The position numbers were made by a program, and so were the translations under genes. The notes beneath the pieces are model-generated. The model did no database searches, was not told the origin of the DNA, and saw only the letters and a program-made list of their open reading frames with translations. Positions 39,542-49,364 of a stretch of 64,000 nucleotides of DNA are shown here, one piece after another. The first letter of the stretch is position 1. Each line of letters starts with the position of its first letter. This DNA comes from Candidatus Thorarchaeota archaeon (GTDB lineage: Archaea; Asgardarchaeota; Thorarchaeia; Thorarchaeales; Thorarchaeaceae), in contig JAWOEX010000028.1 of the NCBI GenBank assembly GCA_046482545.1, forward strand, positions 295,778 to 359,777, given 5' to 3'.

Positions 39542-40810
39542 TCACTGGCGGGTGAATTCTTTGAATACAACCAGCGTTTCAGTATCCTGTATTCCTGGAA
39601 TGCTCTGCACCCGTTTCAGTATTTTTGTCCTAGTTTTGCCAAGATTTCGAGTCCTGACGGCCAGCAGGTAATCATGTTTTCCCGCTAATGCAGAGACAGA
39701 TTCCACACCGTTGATAGCCCACAATAACTCGATTATATCACCTGTTTGTGGTTTGACTTTCACCACTACAAGCGACCGAACATCAGAAGTCTCAAGAACG
39801 ATGACACCGGAGATTACTAGCAGAACTCCAAACATCTTCAATATCCAGAATAAGCTTTCTTCTGCGATAGCACCAAATGAGCCCGGCAGAATCAGGTTTC
39901 CAATCAGGGTTATTGGAATTCCCAAAACTACGGAGATAGCACTCAATGAGTTTACAACAGCCATGCGACCCATCCCTAGCGCTCTCACATACATCACGAC
40001 TGACAAAAAGATAGTTGCTGATGAACCAATTATGACATAAATCAGAGAATCTACAGTATTCATAACAGACTCCCAGTCGGTTTGCATCAGGAATGGAGTC
40101 ATAGCGGTACTCAGTGATAAATTGAGAAATAGGAGTGTCCAAAGCCTCAGGTTCAACGAATCGAATCTTCTCCCCCGCTCCAATTTATATCGTTTGGCGT
40201 TTCGCATGCAATATGTATACCCAGCAGAAGTGAGATTCATTGGCCCCAATACTATCAACAAAGCAGGCAAATTGAAGCCGGTCGATTGAACACCTACAAG
40301 AATCGCACCTAACAGAACTGAAATAATGCACTGTATTTCGATGGCTGTTGGAGTGTCTTTCTCTGCAAGTAGATCGCCCATGAGCAGATAGAGGATTGTG
40401 AGCTGGCCATAGGGAAGTATAGCTGATGCATCCATACTGGATACCAGAACATAATAGAAAAATGATGAAACGCCAGCCAAGATACCACCAAGCGCAATAT
40501 ACTTTGTTGGTTCTCTTGGTGGAAGAGAGATTCCACTGAAATCTGGATCAAGTTTCGAGCCAATGGATCTCTTTCTGCCTTTCGACTTAATACGTATGCT
40601 TAGAATAGCTACAAGGATGATTGTGATGAGCCCGCTAATCCACTGTGACAGAAATCCATAAGCGATTGCATCAGAAATGAGGTTATTTATGGCAAAAACA
40701 TCAAACGACACTGAGAAAGCGCGCATGACCCCTGAACCGATGGCCAGCACATAGAGTAATGTGATTGCAGAGCGACGACCAATATTCCTGTGCAGGGCAG
40801 GTCGCTTCAA
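39542..40810 (-). CDS. EamA/DMT-like transporter fused to a C-terminal Lrp/AsnC (RAM) domain
   Basis: ~10 TM with DMT-like segments (ASAILPYGQL, MAVVNSLSAISVV), then VKVKP...GVESVSALAGKHDYLLAV...IPGIQDTETLVV. Confidence 0.75.
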   Translation of the reverse strand: MKRPALHRNIGRRSAITLLYVLAIGSGVMRAFSVSFDVFAINNLISDAIAYGFLSQWISGLITIILVAILSIRIKSKGRKRSIGSKLDPDFSGISLPPREPTKYIALGGILAGVSSFFYYVLVSSMDASAILPYGQLTILYLLMGDLLAEKDTPTAIEIQCIISVLLGAILVGVQSTGFNLPALLIVLGPMNLTSAGYTYCMRNAKRYKLERGRRFDSLNLRLWTLLFLNLSLSTAMTPFLMQTDWESVMNTVDSLIYVIIGSSATIFLSVVMYVRALGMGRMAVVNSLSAISVVLGIPITLIGNLILPGSFGAIAEESLFWILKMFGVLLVISGVIVLETSDVRSLVVVKVKPQTGDIIELLWAINGVESVSALAGKHDYLLAVRTRNLGKTRTKILKRVQSIPGIQDTETLVVFKEFTRQ

Positions 40811-40843
40811 GCATCCACCCCAAAGGCATTTCAGACACGCATA

Positions 40844-41758
40844 CTAATCGTTGTCTTGTTTGTCCTTCTTTCGTTGGGCAAGGATAAACTCATCAAAAGT
40901 CATTCGCTCGCCGTCCTCCATCTTTTTCACAGCAGCGTCAACTCGCTCTTTCCGTCGTTCACGGCGCCTACTCTTACGCTCGTGAGCACGTATTTCACGC
41001 GATTCGGATTCCTGCTTTCTGAGCTTTTTGTATATATCATCAATCTCGGAGCGAATCTTCTTGAGCTTTTTCTCACCAGCTTTAACCTTTTTCAGCCATT
41101 CAACAAAATTTTGATGGGCCTTGTCCGCCTCATCTTTTTCCTCTTCAAGTTCGGGTCGAATCCGAACAACCTCTTTATGGTGAATCTGAGATTTCTCGGA
41201 TAACTCGAGGACATGCTCATGCGCTTCGCCAGCATCTTCTTTGAGTTTTCGAGCTCGACGCCGCAATTCGCTTATCCGGTCCTGCTTCTCCTTTTCCTGG
41301 TTTATCTTGACCAGTTTTGCTTCAAGGCGGGCTATCTCTTCCACAATTTCACGTTCTTCTTCCATCGTCAGCTGTTCAGTCTGTTGACGCCATTCAAGCT
41401 CTTCAACACGACGCATCAATCTCCGCTGATCAGTTGATGGACTACCAACAAGATTGCTTCTGAGTTCCCGAATTTCATCATATACGCTTCTGAGCTGTTT
41501 ATGGAGAGCGGTCCTCTTTTCCTTCCACTCAGCTATCTCAGCATTGATACGGTCTCGTTCTTCTCGCTCAGATTTGACTGATTCTATGAGTTTCCGAACT
41601 TCGGTGTTGTGTTCGTCTCTAATCTTCTTATACTCGCGCATCTTATCGCGGTTTCGTCTGAGCTTCTCGAGATACTCTCTTGCTTCTGTTTTGAGCTCTC
41701 TTAGTCTGGCTCTTAGATAGTCCACATCTTCATGCGCAGTTTCGGCGGCTTCTGTCAA
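40844..41758 (-). CDS. Archaeal conserved coiled-coil protein (COG1340-like)
   Basis: Heptad-rich E/K/R sequence with ELEWRQQT.QL..EEE motif and C-terminal GERMTFDE. Confidence 0.75.
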   Translation of the reverse strand: MTEAAETAHEDVDYLRARLRELKTEAREYLEKLRRNRDKMREYKKIRDEHNTEVRKLIESVKSEREERDRINAEIAEWKEKRTALHKQLRSVYDEIRELRSNLVGSPSTDQRRLMRRVEELEWRQQTEQLTMEEEREIVEEIARLEAKLVKINQEKEKQDRISELRRRARKLKEDAGEAHEHVLELSEKSQIHHKEVVRIRPELEEEKDEADKAHQNFVEWLKKVKAGEKKLKKIRSEIDDIYKKLRKQESESREIRAHERKSRRRERRKERVDAAVKKMEDGERMTFDEFILAQRKKDKQDND

Positions 41759-41896
41759 AATTGGGTTACCTCAAAACTTCGTTTTGCGGTCCTGGATTCT
41801 CAGGACGGATTTCATCGGATTAGATAATTGTGAATGCTGTTTACCAGCGATTCGACCGAACGGCACCTTGTAAATCTTAAAAGTCTTCGCCTTTGT

Positions 41897-42796
41897 TCAG
41901 GCTTTTCGAACGAAGGTTTCTGCGATTCTTTCCGATATGCTTGTGTCTGTCACACTCTGCAGTCCTGCCCAGCCAGGGGTGGCATTGGCTTCAAGGACAA
42001 AACACTCCCCATCTTCGTCAGGAATGATATCAACACCAACAAGACGCCCCTTGACTGCTTTAGCTACTCTCTTTGAAAGATTTTCAATGTTCACTTCGTT
42101 GGGTCTCGCCCGGCCTCCAGCATGAATATTTGTAACTATTCCGTCCGTGCTCACACGCGCCATATCAGCAACAAATTCGTTATCAAGAACGAGAGCTCTG
42201 ATATCGTAGCCTGGACTTTGTATGTATTCTTGTAGAAGGAAAGCCCCCTTGCCAAATTTCTGGCTGTGAAATTTCAGAATGTCTAGGACATTTTGGATAT
42301 CGAACTCTTTTTTGATTAACCTAACACCAGTCCCACCGAAACCGAGAAGCGGCTTTAAGACACAAGGATGATTGGTTCGAACAAAATTAGCCGCATCACA
42401 TATTGATTCTGTAATCAGCGTTCTAGGTATCGGAAGGTCATGGTGGACAAGGGCCCTAAGCATTTCGGCTTTATTCCGCATAATCCGTATGGATTCAATT
42501 GAGTTGATCAGATTTGTTCCACAATTGGCAAGAGCTGATAACAATTCCATCCGACTAAGATAACTACCAATATCAGATGCCCCTATATCTAGGACAATTA
42601 CCGTATCTAAGCTCATCAAATCGTGCCCATCTTGAATTAGTCTATATTCTCCTTCTTGTGCTATCCGTCTGACTTTCCAAGGCAGAATATGAACTACTTC
42701 CACATTCAGTTCTGTCAAAGCAGTTTTCAACTCACAAACCCTACGAGAAAAGGGGTCTGATGATAACAATCCAAATCTTGATGTTCTTCCTGGCAA
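41897..42796 (-). CDS. RimK-family ATP-grasp alpha-L-glutamate ligase
   Basis: IPRT, VLKPLLGFGG.GV, LQEYI, DIR, TNIHAGG, GVDI, LEAN.TPGW. Confidence 0.88.
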   Translation of the reverse strand: MPGRTSRFGLLSSDPFSRRVCELKTALTELNVEVVHILPWKVRRIAQEGEYRLIQDGHDLMSLDTVIVLDIGASDIGSYLSRMELLSALANCGTNLINSIESIRIMRNKAEMLRALVHHDLPIPRTLITESICDAANFVRTNHPCVLKPLLGFGGTGVRLIKKEFDIQNVLDILKFHSQKFGKGAFLLQEYIQSPGYDIRALVLDNEFVADMARVSTDGIVTNIHAGGRARPNEVNIENLSKRVAKAVKGRLVGVDIIPDEDGECFVLEANATPGWAGLQSVTDTSISERIAETFVRKA

Positions 42797-42863
42797 TGTA
42801 TGTCGCCTCTTCGAGTGCCAAGCTGACTATAACGTGTAGCTTTTAACCATACAGCATGTACAT

Positions 42864-43262
42864 GTGTTTTTGAAGCCTATGAATCTGTTTTCGGAAGACC
42901 AAACCCGAATAATCAGGGAGAAACTGGAACAGAAGAAGGAGAATATTCTCATCACGTTCAGGAATCCTTACGGCCCTACTCGACTGAAAAGGCTCTGGGA
43001 GAGATTCCTTGCAGAGTTGGGGTATGACAATGAATGTATCAGTTGGTGGTCTAGTTCAGGAATCATCGGGCTTTTGGAATGCGAAACAGAGAATGGGAGA
43101 ACAATCTATGGTCAATGGGCACTAGGTGATGAAGTTGAGCTCTACCAAGTACATGGTGTCAGCAACGAGGATATTGTTACTATCAAGGACGGATTAGGAG
43201 AAGGAAACATTGCATCTTCAGCAATGAGATCCATGAGAATAGGTGAGACTGGTGAGGGTTAG
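42864..43262 (+). CDS. Hypothetical protein
   Basis: Only ORF in the gap; TTTTAA box upstream; no motif recognised. Confidence 0.6.
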   Translation: MFLKPMNLFSEDQTRIIREKLEQKKENILITFRNPYGPTRLKRLWERFLAELGYDNECISWWSSSGIIGLLECETENGRTIYGQWALGDEVELYQVHGVSNEDIVTIKDGLGEGNIASSAMRSMRIGETGEG

Positions 43263-43378
43263 TAGCCGAAATTAGTTCAGACGGCTTAGAGAGTTCACAG
43301 CACATTCCACCCATAAAGCGAATAGCAAGCAGCGAGTTCTAAGGCTGCTCAGGGATAATCAGGGGACGAATTCGTTTT

Positions 43379-45211
43379 TCAAGAGACAGTGAGAGTCTTA
43401 CTAAGATTCCGTGGCTTGTCAGGATTGATACCCTTGTCCACTGAAACGAAATAGCTCAATAATTGAAGCGGGATTACATCTAGAATTGGATTGAGAAGAA
43501 TGTTGGACTCTGGAACAGCAAGATAGTCAGCTTCGTTTTCAACATACGGAGCGAGTTTTTCCTCTGTTTCACCAACTATGATGGTTCTGCCGCCTCGACA
43601 AGAAACCTCGTTAATATGATTGATTACCATCCAACTATCCTCGGTGGTCGTGACAAAAATCACAGGATAACCATCGGTAACAATACTGAGTGGGCCATGC
43701 TTGAACTCACTACTGTACATCCCCTCGCAGTGGTTGTAGCAGATTTCCTTAATCTTGAGAGCTCCTTCCCGTGCAACACCATCAGTAAGCCCATAGCCTA
43801 GGCAGTATAAATCTGGAACATCAAGCATGGTCCTAGCCAGATTTTTGGTAAGGATTCCTGTGCGATCGATAGTCACCTGAGTTAGGTGAGGTAAATCGTT
43901 TTTGAGATTCTTGATGATGGTCTCGCCTTCAGACTGATCCAGAGCTCCGTTCCTCATTCCCAAGCGAGTAGCGAGGTAGGCGAAGATAATCGTTTGAGAG
44001 AAGTAGGTCTTCGTTGCGGGCACACTTACTTCGTAGCCGCATGCCATTGGGATGTAATCATCAGCACCAAACATTAGACTACTGCCGATAACATTCAGTA
44101 CGCCAAGAGTGCTTCCGCGTCCTTTCTGCTCCACCAAATCAAGGACATCCATGATGTCCTTCGTTTCTCCGCTTTGTGAGACCAGCATACACAACGTATC
44201 TTCGTCAATCGTATTGCTGTACATCGGTTTGAACTGACCACCGATTACAGGAATAACTGAAATCCCAGCAAGGCGGTTGAAATAGTATGTCCCGACAAGT
44301 CCTGCATTGAAGGACGAACCACACGCAACAAGATAATGCTGCGATGTTTCCTCTATCATCCTCAGCCAGCTTTCTGCCTTCTCGCCTTCAAGAACTCCAA
44401 GAACATTCCGAGCTATCTCAGGCTGTTCATTGATTTCTTTCAACATGAAATGGGGGTATCCTCCTTTCTCGGCAGCATGGGGACTTACATCAGATTTCTG
44501 AGGTTTTCGCTTCAATTGTTTCCCGTCTTCAATCCTATACACATCAATCGAACCCGGGCTAAGCTCGACCATTTCGCCGTCAGTAACGTAGACGACTTTA
44601 TCAGTTAATGGCAAGACAGAAGGAAGATCGCTGGATACTATTGCCTCAGTGTTTGTTACACCTGCTACGAGAGAAGAGCCCATCTTGACAGCGTAAATCT
44701 GTTTTTCATCTGCTCGTCCCACAGCAAATGCATATGCACCCTCCAAGTCCTGAGTGGACAACCGTACAGCTTCACGCATATCTCCTGTTTCTTCATAGTA
44801 CTTATCGACAGCATGAACACAGAGCTCTCCGTCATTGTCGGATCTAACCTTATGACCCGATTCGATTAGCTCTTGCTTGTATTCATGATAATTGTGCAGA
44901 TTTCCATTGTGTGCACCGTAGAAAGACTTGGTGCACCCAAAATGGGGCTGAGCATTCGTTTTTGTCGGGGCCCCGTAAGTAGCCCATCGAAGCTGAGCGA
45001 TTCCCCTATCGCCTTGCATCTCAGAAAGGTGAAGTCTCTTGTTGACATCTTCGATTGTGCCAACGTCCTTGCGAAGGTCTACCTGGTCATTTTTTACAGT
45101 GGCCACGCCAACCGAATCGTAGCCACGGTATGTCAGTTTCTTGCTGCACCTTACGAGGAGCTGACCGATGTTGTTTCTATCTTGGCTGACAATACCAGTT
45201 ATACCGCACAA
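43379..45211 (-). CDS. glmS: Glutamine-fructose-6-phosphate aminotransferase
   Basis: N-terminal (M)CGI, YRGYDS, RWAT, HNG, SQSGET, EGALK.KE, KHGP, PRNLSKTLTV. Confidence 0.97.
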   Translation of the reverse strand: MCGITGIVSQDRNNIGQLLVRCSKKLTYRGYDSVGVATVKNDQVDLRKDVGTIEDVNKRLHLSEMQGDRGIAQLRWATYGAPTKTNAQPHFGCTKSFYGAHNGNLHNYHEYKQELIESGHKVRSDNDGELCVHAVDKYYEETGDMREAVRLSTQDLEGAYAFAVGRADEKQIYAVKMGSSLVAGVTNTEAIVSSDLPSVLPLTDKVVYVTDGEMVELSPGSIDVYRIEDGKQLKRKPQKSDVSPHAAEKGGYPHFMLKEINEQPEIARNVLGVLEGEKAESWLRMIEETSQHYLVACGSSFNAGLVGTYYFNRLAGISVIPVIGGQFKPMYSNTIDEDTLCMLVSQSGETKDIMDVLDLVEQKGRGSTLGVLNVIGSSLMFGADDYIPMACGYEVSVPATKTYFSQTIIFAYLATRLGMRNGALDQSEGETIIKNLKNDLPHLTQVTIDRTGILTKNLARTMLDVPDLYCLGYGLTDGVAREGALKIKEICYNHCEGMYSSEFKHGPLSIVTDGYPVIFVTTTEDSWMVINHINEVSCRGGRTIIVGETEEKLAPYVENEADYLAVPESNILLNPILDVIPLQLLSYFVSVDKGINPDKPRNLSKTLTVS

Positions 45212-45293
45212 AGCACTCCCTCGTTATTTCACTCTAATTTGCCTTCTTCAGGTTTACAGGAGCTTACTGCGAGACATTCCGTAAAAAAGGCTT

Positions 45294-46094
45294 GTGGCAG
45301 TTGAAGGATTCGATTTGTCATATCATGACGAGTACGAAGACCTTTTATCATCTACCCGCCTGTTAGAAGATACAGTTGGTCGGGATAGAGATATGGGTGG
45401 TCACAAGAGACTTGCACTGTTACTTCATCCGCTAAGAAGAGACCTCTATGAAGTACTCTGTGAAAACCCGGGCACCTATCTCTTGGAACTTGTAAATATT
45501 CTGGAATCACCACTCGGCACCCTGAGCTGGCATCTTCGAGTACTTGAGAGGGAAGGTCTAATCAAGTCTATGAAGTTTGCCGGAAAACGGATATACTATC
45601 CAAAGATGTTGAGATCAACAGACGCTGAGAAGGCATATCTTACGCTGCGCAGTGATACAGCTCAAGAGATATTCGCACATATTGTAAACAAACCAGGTTG
45701 CTATCAAAAAGAGATGGCAGAAGCAATAGGCGTTCATCACGACACAATACGCTGGCATGTAGCAAGAATGCAAGAAGTGGGTTTAGTCAGAGTAGAAAAG
45801 AAAGGAAGGAGAAAGAATCACTATCTAGACGATTTGGGAAATGCGTTGCTAAGAGGTAGTCTCAATACCATAACTAAGGCCTTTGTTGTGTTCCTGATGG
45901 AAAAACTAGAAGACGGGTGTTTGAATCCAGAGGTTAGGGAATCATCCAAAGATCGCGTTACGATAAGGATAGACTGTCCGGACGAAGGAAAAGACTGTTT
46001 CTTGAGTATAGATTTGAACGAGTGGAATCTGGATCTCCTCGATGAGATACCTGAAGTGTATCACAAGCATACTGCTGAAGCGAAGGGTATGTGA
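45294..46094 (+). CDS. Double winged-HTH transcriptional regulator (COG3398-like)
   Basis: Two ArsR-like wHTH units (NPG...GTLSWHLRVLEREGLI; KPG...DTIRWHVARMQEVGLV) plus a C-terminal domain. Confidence 0.82.
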   Translation: MAVEGFDLSYHDEYEDLLSSTRLLEDTVGRDRDMGGHKRLALLLHPLRRDLYEVLCENPGTYLLELVNILESPLGTLSWHLRVLEREGLIKSMKFAGKRIYYPKMLRSTDAEKAYLTLRSDTAQEIFAHIVNKPGCYQKEMAEAIGVHHDTIRWHVARMQEVGLVRVEKKGRRKNHYLDDLGNALLRGSLNTITKAFVVFLMEKLEDGCLNPEVRESSKDRVTIRIDCPDEGKDCFLSIDLNEWNLDLLDEIPEVYHKHTAEAKGM

Positions 46095-46214
46095 ATGGGA
46101 ATTCCTGGGTAAACCAACCATTACCTGCTGAATATCAATGAAGTCTATTTTCTCTGAGCAATAGGTTTTTAATCAGCAGAGGGTTTTGACCTCAAGGACC
46201 CCGGAGGAAGAATC

Positions 46215-47306
46215 TTGAGCTCAAGGTCAGGAATAATCACAAGTGGAATAATCGTTGCGCTGGTATTCGCCTCTATTGGCGGGTTCCTGTACATGACCGA
46301 TCCCTACGCACCTCGAACTGTTGCGGTTGTGGTCATGGAACCCGGGTTTGGTGACCTCAGCATGGCGGATCATCTGCAACAGGGACTTGAAAATCTTAGA
46401 CGAGATATACCTGTAGAATATGTCATACCCGAGAATCTCCCCGCTACTCAAACGGAAGCACGAGAGATTTTGGCATCTCTTGCACAAAGCGAAGACCATT
46501 CACTGATTATTGCATCAGGTGAACGTCTTGAAAGCGCACTCGCGTCTGTTGCAGCAGACTATCCGTCTCAAAAATTCGCTATGATTGGTGGTGTTGTCAA
46601 TGCAGATAATGTCGTCTCGGCTACTTTTGCCACAGAAGAAGCAGCATTCTTGGCTGGTGTTCTTGCCGCTTTCGTTGCTTCAGAACAAAGTTATACCGAT
46701 GTAATCGGAATCCTTGCAGCTTCTGACGATGATGCGGTTATTACAAGAATGATAAATGGATTCATTCAGGGCGTAGAAAACGCAAACTCAACATACAACT
46801 TTAACATCGACTTGTTGGAGCCCGAATATTTGAATGGCTATAATGAAACTGCTCTCGCTGAATCAAAAACCCAGAGTATGTTCACCCAACAGAATGCATC
46901 TATAATATTTGCGCCGGTCCGTGCTGCCATTAAAGGCGTCAGGCAAGGAATGGACAATGTAAATGCAACATTGCGTCTCCAAGGGAGAAAGCCATTGGTA
47001 ATAGGAGCTGAAGCAGACCAGGATTACTACGGTTGTGCCAATCCAGAGATTCCTCAGTCTCCGAGCTCAATAGCCACAAGCGTTGTACCTCGAACCGGAG
47101 AGGCGGTATATGATATCATCAACGCTACTATGTGGAAGGAGTTCCCAGGAGGAGAGAATTTCCACTACAATCTCTCAAATGGTGGTGTCAATATAACTGA
47201 ATTCCAGTACAGCGCCACTTATCTTGATCCAATTGATGGATTGATGGACGCCTTACGAGACTATAGAGTCCAAATAATCAATGGAACTCTAGAAGTCAAT
47301 CCATAG
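46215..47306 (+). CDS. BMP/PnrA family substrate-binding membrane protein
   Basis: GFGDLS, A.DYP.QKF, F...EAAFLAG.LAA, VIG.EADQ; N-terminal TM anchor. Confidence 0.87.
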   Translation: MSSRSGIITSGIIVALVFASIGGFLYMTDPYAPRTVAVVVMEPGFGDLSMADHLQQGLENLRRDIPVEYVIPENLPATQTEAREILASLAQSEDHSLIIASGERLESALASVAADYPSQKFAMIGGVVNADNVVSATFATEEAAFLAGVLAAFVASEQSYTDVIGILAASDDDAVITRMINGFIQGVENANSTYNFNIDLLEPEYLNGYNETALAESKTQSMFTQQNASIIFAPVRAAIKGVRQGMDNVNATLRLQGRKPLVIGAEADQDYYGCANPEIPQSPSSIATSVVPRTGEAVYDIINATMWKEFPGGENFHYNLSNGGVNITEFQYSATYLDPIDGLMDALRDYRVQIINGTLEVNP

Positions 47307-47312
47307 AAACAG

Positions 47313-47978
47313 ATGGGAAACTCTCCCATCTTACTTCCTCCTTGGAGGGTTTTTCACATGCATTCCAAGGAAATCATGAACCTGCTTTTGAAACTCAACA
47401 ATCTCAAGAATCTTAGTCGTTCAGGATGGTCTCTTGCGGGCATACAGAATCAGACAGCTGAGAGCGTAGCTGACCATTCGTGGGGTACTGCTGTGATTGC
47501 TCTACTCTTAGCTCTTTTGGAAAATGGGACAGGTAGTAATCTGAATATTTCAAGGATTCTTACCATGGCCATAATCCACGATTCACCAGAATCCATCTTA
47601 TCTGATATCCCATCTTCAACAGTACTGAGGGAACATGAACAATTCCAACAGGTCAAATTGGATTTAGAAAACAGAGGCTTTGAGATTCTCTTTTCTGACT
47701 TGAGCGAAGAAAAGATTCAACAAAAACTTGCAATCTCATGGCAAGAGTACACCTCAGGGAAAACAAAAGAAGCCAAAATTGTGAAATCGGCCGATATACT
47801 TGACATGCTGATACAAGCTCGATCATTCGAGAACTCGGGAACACCTCCATATCTTTTGGACTCGTTTTTCACCACCAGCCAAGATATTTTGAGGGTTCTT
47901 GGAAGTGATTTTGCAATGGACATATTTGATGAATTGCTCAAGGATCATGAAACTATGATGAACAAGACCACCAGCTAG
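47313..47978 (+). CDS. HD-domain hydrolase (5'-deoxynucleotidase-like)
   Basis: LK.L.RSGW, ESVADHS, IIHD..E...SDIP, EAKIVKSAD.LD. Confidence 0.9.
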   Translation: MGNSPILLPPWRVFHMHSKEIMNLLLKLNNLKNLSRSGWSLAGIQNQTAESVADHSWGTAVIALLLALLENGTGSNLNISRILTMAIIHDSPESILSDIPSSTVLREHEQFQQVKLDLENRGFEILFSDLSEEKIQQKLAISWQEYTSGKTKEAKIVKSADILDMLIQARSFENSGTPPYLLDSFFTTSQDILRVLGSDFAMDIFDELLKDHETMMNKTTS

Positions 47979-48054
47979 ATGTCAACCGTATTCATCTAGA
48001 AAATGACAGCACATCATACACTTCAATAGCCGAACTAATTTTGGAGAACATGTG

Positions 48055-48209
48055 TCTGCATATGACCTGTTTCTTACAGTCGAGGTAACAGAGGAGATTT
48101 CTGTGTTCTACCCTTTCCTGCCAGCGTTGCCGCCCTCAAGGGGCCCTTAGCCCTTTGTGAAATCTTACACTTCAGCACCCAGATTATTTAGAAATCTGTA
48201 TGATTCCCA
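48055..48209 (-). repeat. Dispersed non-coding element, copy B (internally deleted, both ends only)
   Basis: 48055-~48160 aligns with 30814-~30921; ATCTTACACTT...CACCC.GAT...TGTA.GATT aligns with 31331-31375. Confidence 0.82.
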
Positions 48210-48225
48210 TTAACTCTTGATGTAA

Positions 48226-48819
48226 CTAGATGTCATCAAGCTTATTCCTAAGCACTCCGGCAATCAGTCTAGCAACACGTATTGGTTCAGGAATTTTTCC
48301 TTCCAGTGTGAAAGTATTCAGAATATGCTTGCATTTCGACATATTCATACCCATAGTATTCACGAAGACTATATGCTCATTTCTAAGGATAATCTTCTTG
48401 CGTTCACCGGCTTTGTTTGCTAGCTCCATTCTACGCTCATGAGTTTCAGGAAAATACTCTTGTATATATTCCTCAATTCCTTCTGATTCTTCATAAGTTA
48501 CACTGACAACAGGTAATTTAATCGCATCATAGACAGCCTCTAGGTCAATAATATTGAACCAAGATATGATGCTACCACCAAGCAATACAGCACGGATATC
48601 TGGGCGATTTAGTTCCTTATACATGGCTATTATCTCCGAAGTCGAGTCGAGGCCGCCCACGGTCGGGTGACAGAGTCCAAATCCATCAATACGCAAGTCC
48701 CCCCGCATAATTATCCCAACCACCGTGCTCCTTGGGTCGTCTCTGAAAAAACTCTCTGCAATTCCCAAAACTCGAGCTCCTAGCTTCCATGTACTACTTT
48801 TTTCTTCTCCCGCACCCAT
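48226..48819 (-). CDS. DUF99 / endonuclease V-like protein
   Basis: RVLGIAESF, GLDST, WFNIID, G.IPEPIRVARLIA. Confidence 0.85.
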   Translation of the reverse strand: MGAGEEKSSTWKLGARVLGIAESFFRDDPRSTVVGIIMRGDLRIDGFGLCHPTVGGLDSTSEIIAMYKELNRPDIRAVLLGGSIISWFNIIDLEAVYDAIKLPVVSVTYEESEGIEEYIQEYFPETHERRMELANKAGERKKIILRNEHIVFVNTMGMNMSKCKHILNTFTLEGKIPEPIRVARLIAGVLRNKLDDI

Positions 48820-48980
48820 TATGAGCTTCCCTGTGCTATCTTTCAGAAGGATTCACCCGTTTTGAATTTACATGCTTCATCGAAAAAGGTATCGAAGATC
48901 GTTTCGGTCAGCGTACATTTATTAATGCGCAATTCCCAGAGCAGACAAAGTACCCTAAACGAAACTGGAGACGAGCCACC

Positions 48981-49364
48981 ATGTTCGACCTAGATTTCGA
49001 ACAATTGCAAGGAAAAATCAAAGAAATAATTGAAGAGTCCTTGGAGCTCGCTGCAGGTGTGAGAGCAGCTATGCTCTTGTCAAAAGAGGGTTTACCCATT
49101 GCTTCCGCAATCCCTACAGGTTTGGAGGAAGCGGAAATAGCGGCTATGGCCGCATCTATTCTAGGTGTTGCAGACATGGCGGCTGAGCGTATGGATCAAG
49201 GAGAACTGGAACAAGTTCTGTTAACCAACGAAGAGGGCTATATCATAATCAAGAGCGCTGGCGAAAAGGCGATTCTTGTTCTTGCTGCAGCTAAATCATT
49301 GAGGACGGGGCTTCTCGTATACGTGGCCAAAACAGCTTCCGAGAAAATTGCACCGTTACTGTAG
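48981..49364 (+). CDS. Roadblock/LC7 domain protein
   Basis: AAMLLSKEGLPIAS, IAAMAASIL, GELEQVLL...GYIII, LVYV pattern. Confidence 0.92.
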   Translation: MFDLDFEQLQGKIKEIIEESLELAAGVRAAMLLSKEGLPIASAIPTGLEEAEIAAMAASILGVADMAAERMDQGELEQVLLTNEEGYIIIKSAGEKAILVLAAAKSLRTGLLVYVAKTASEKIAPLL

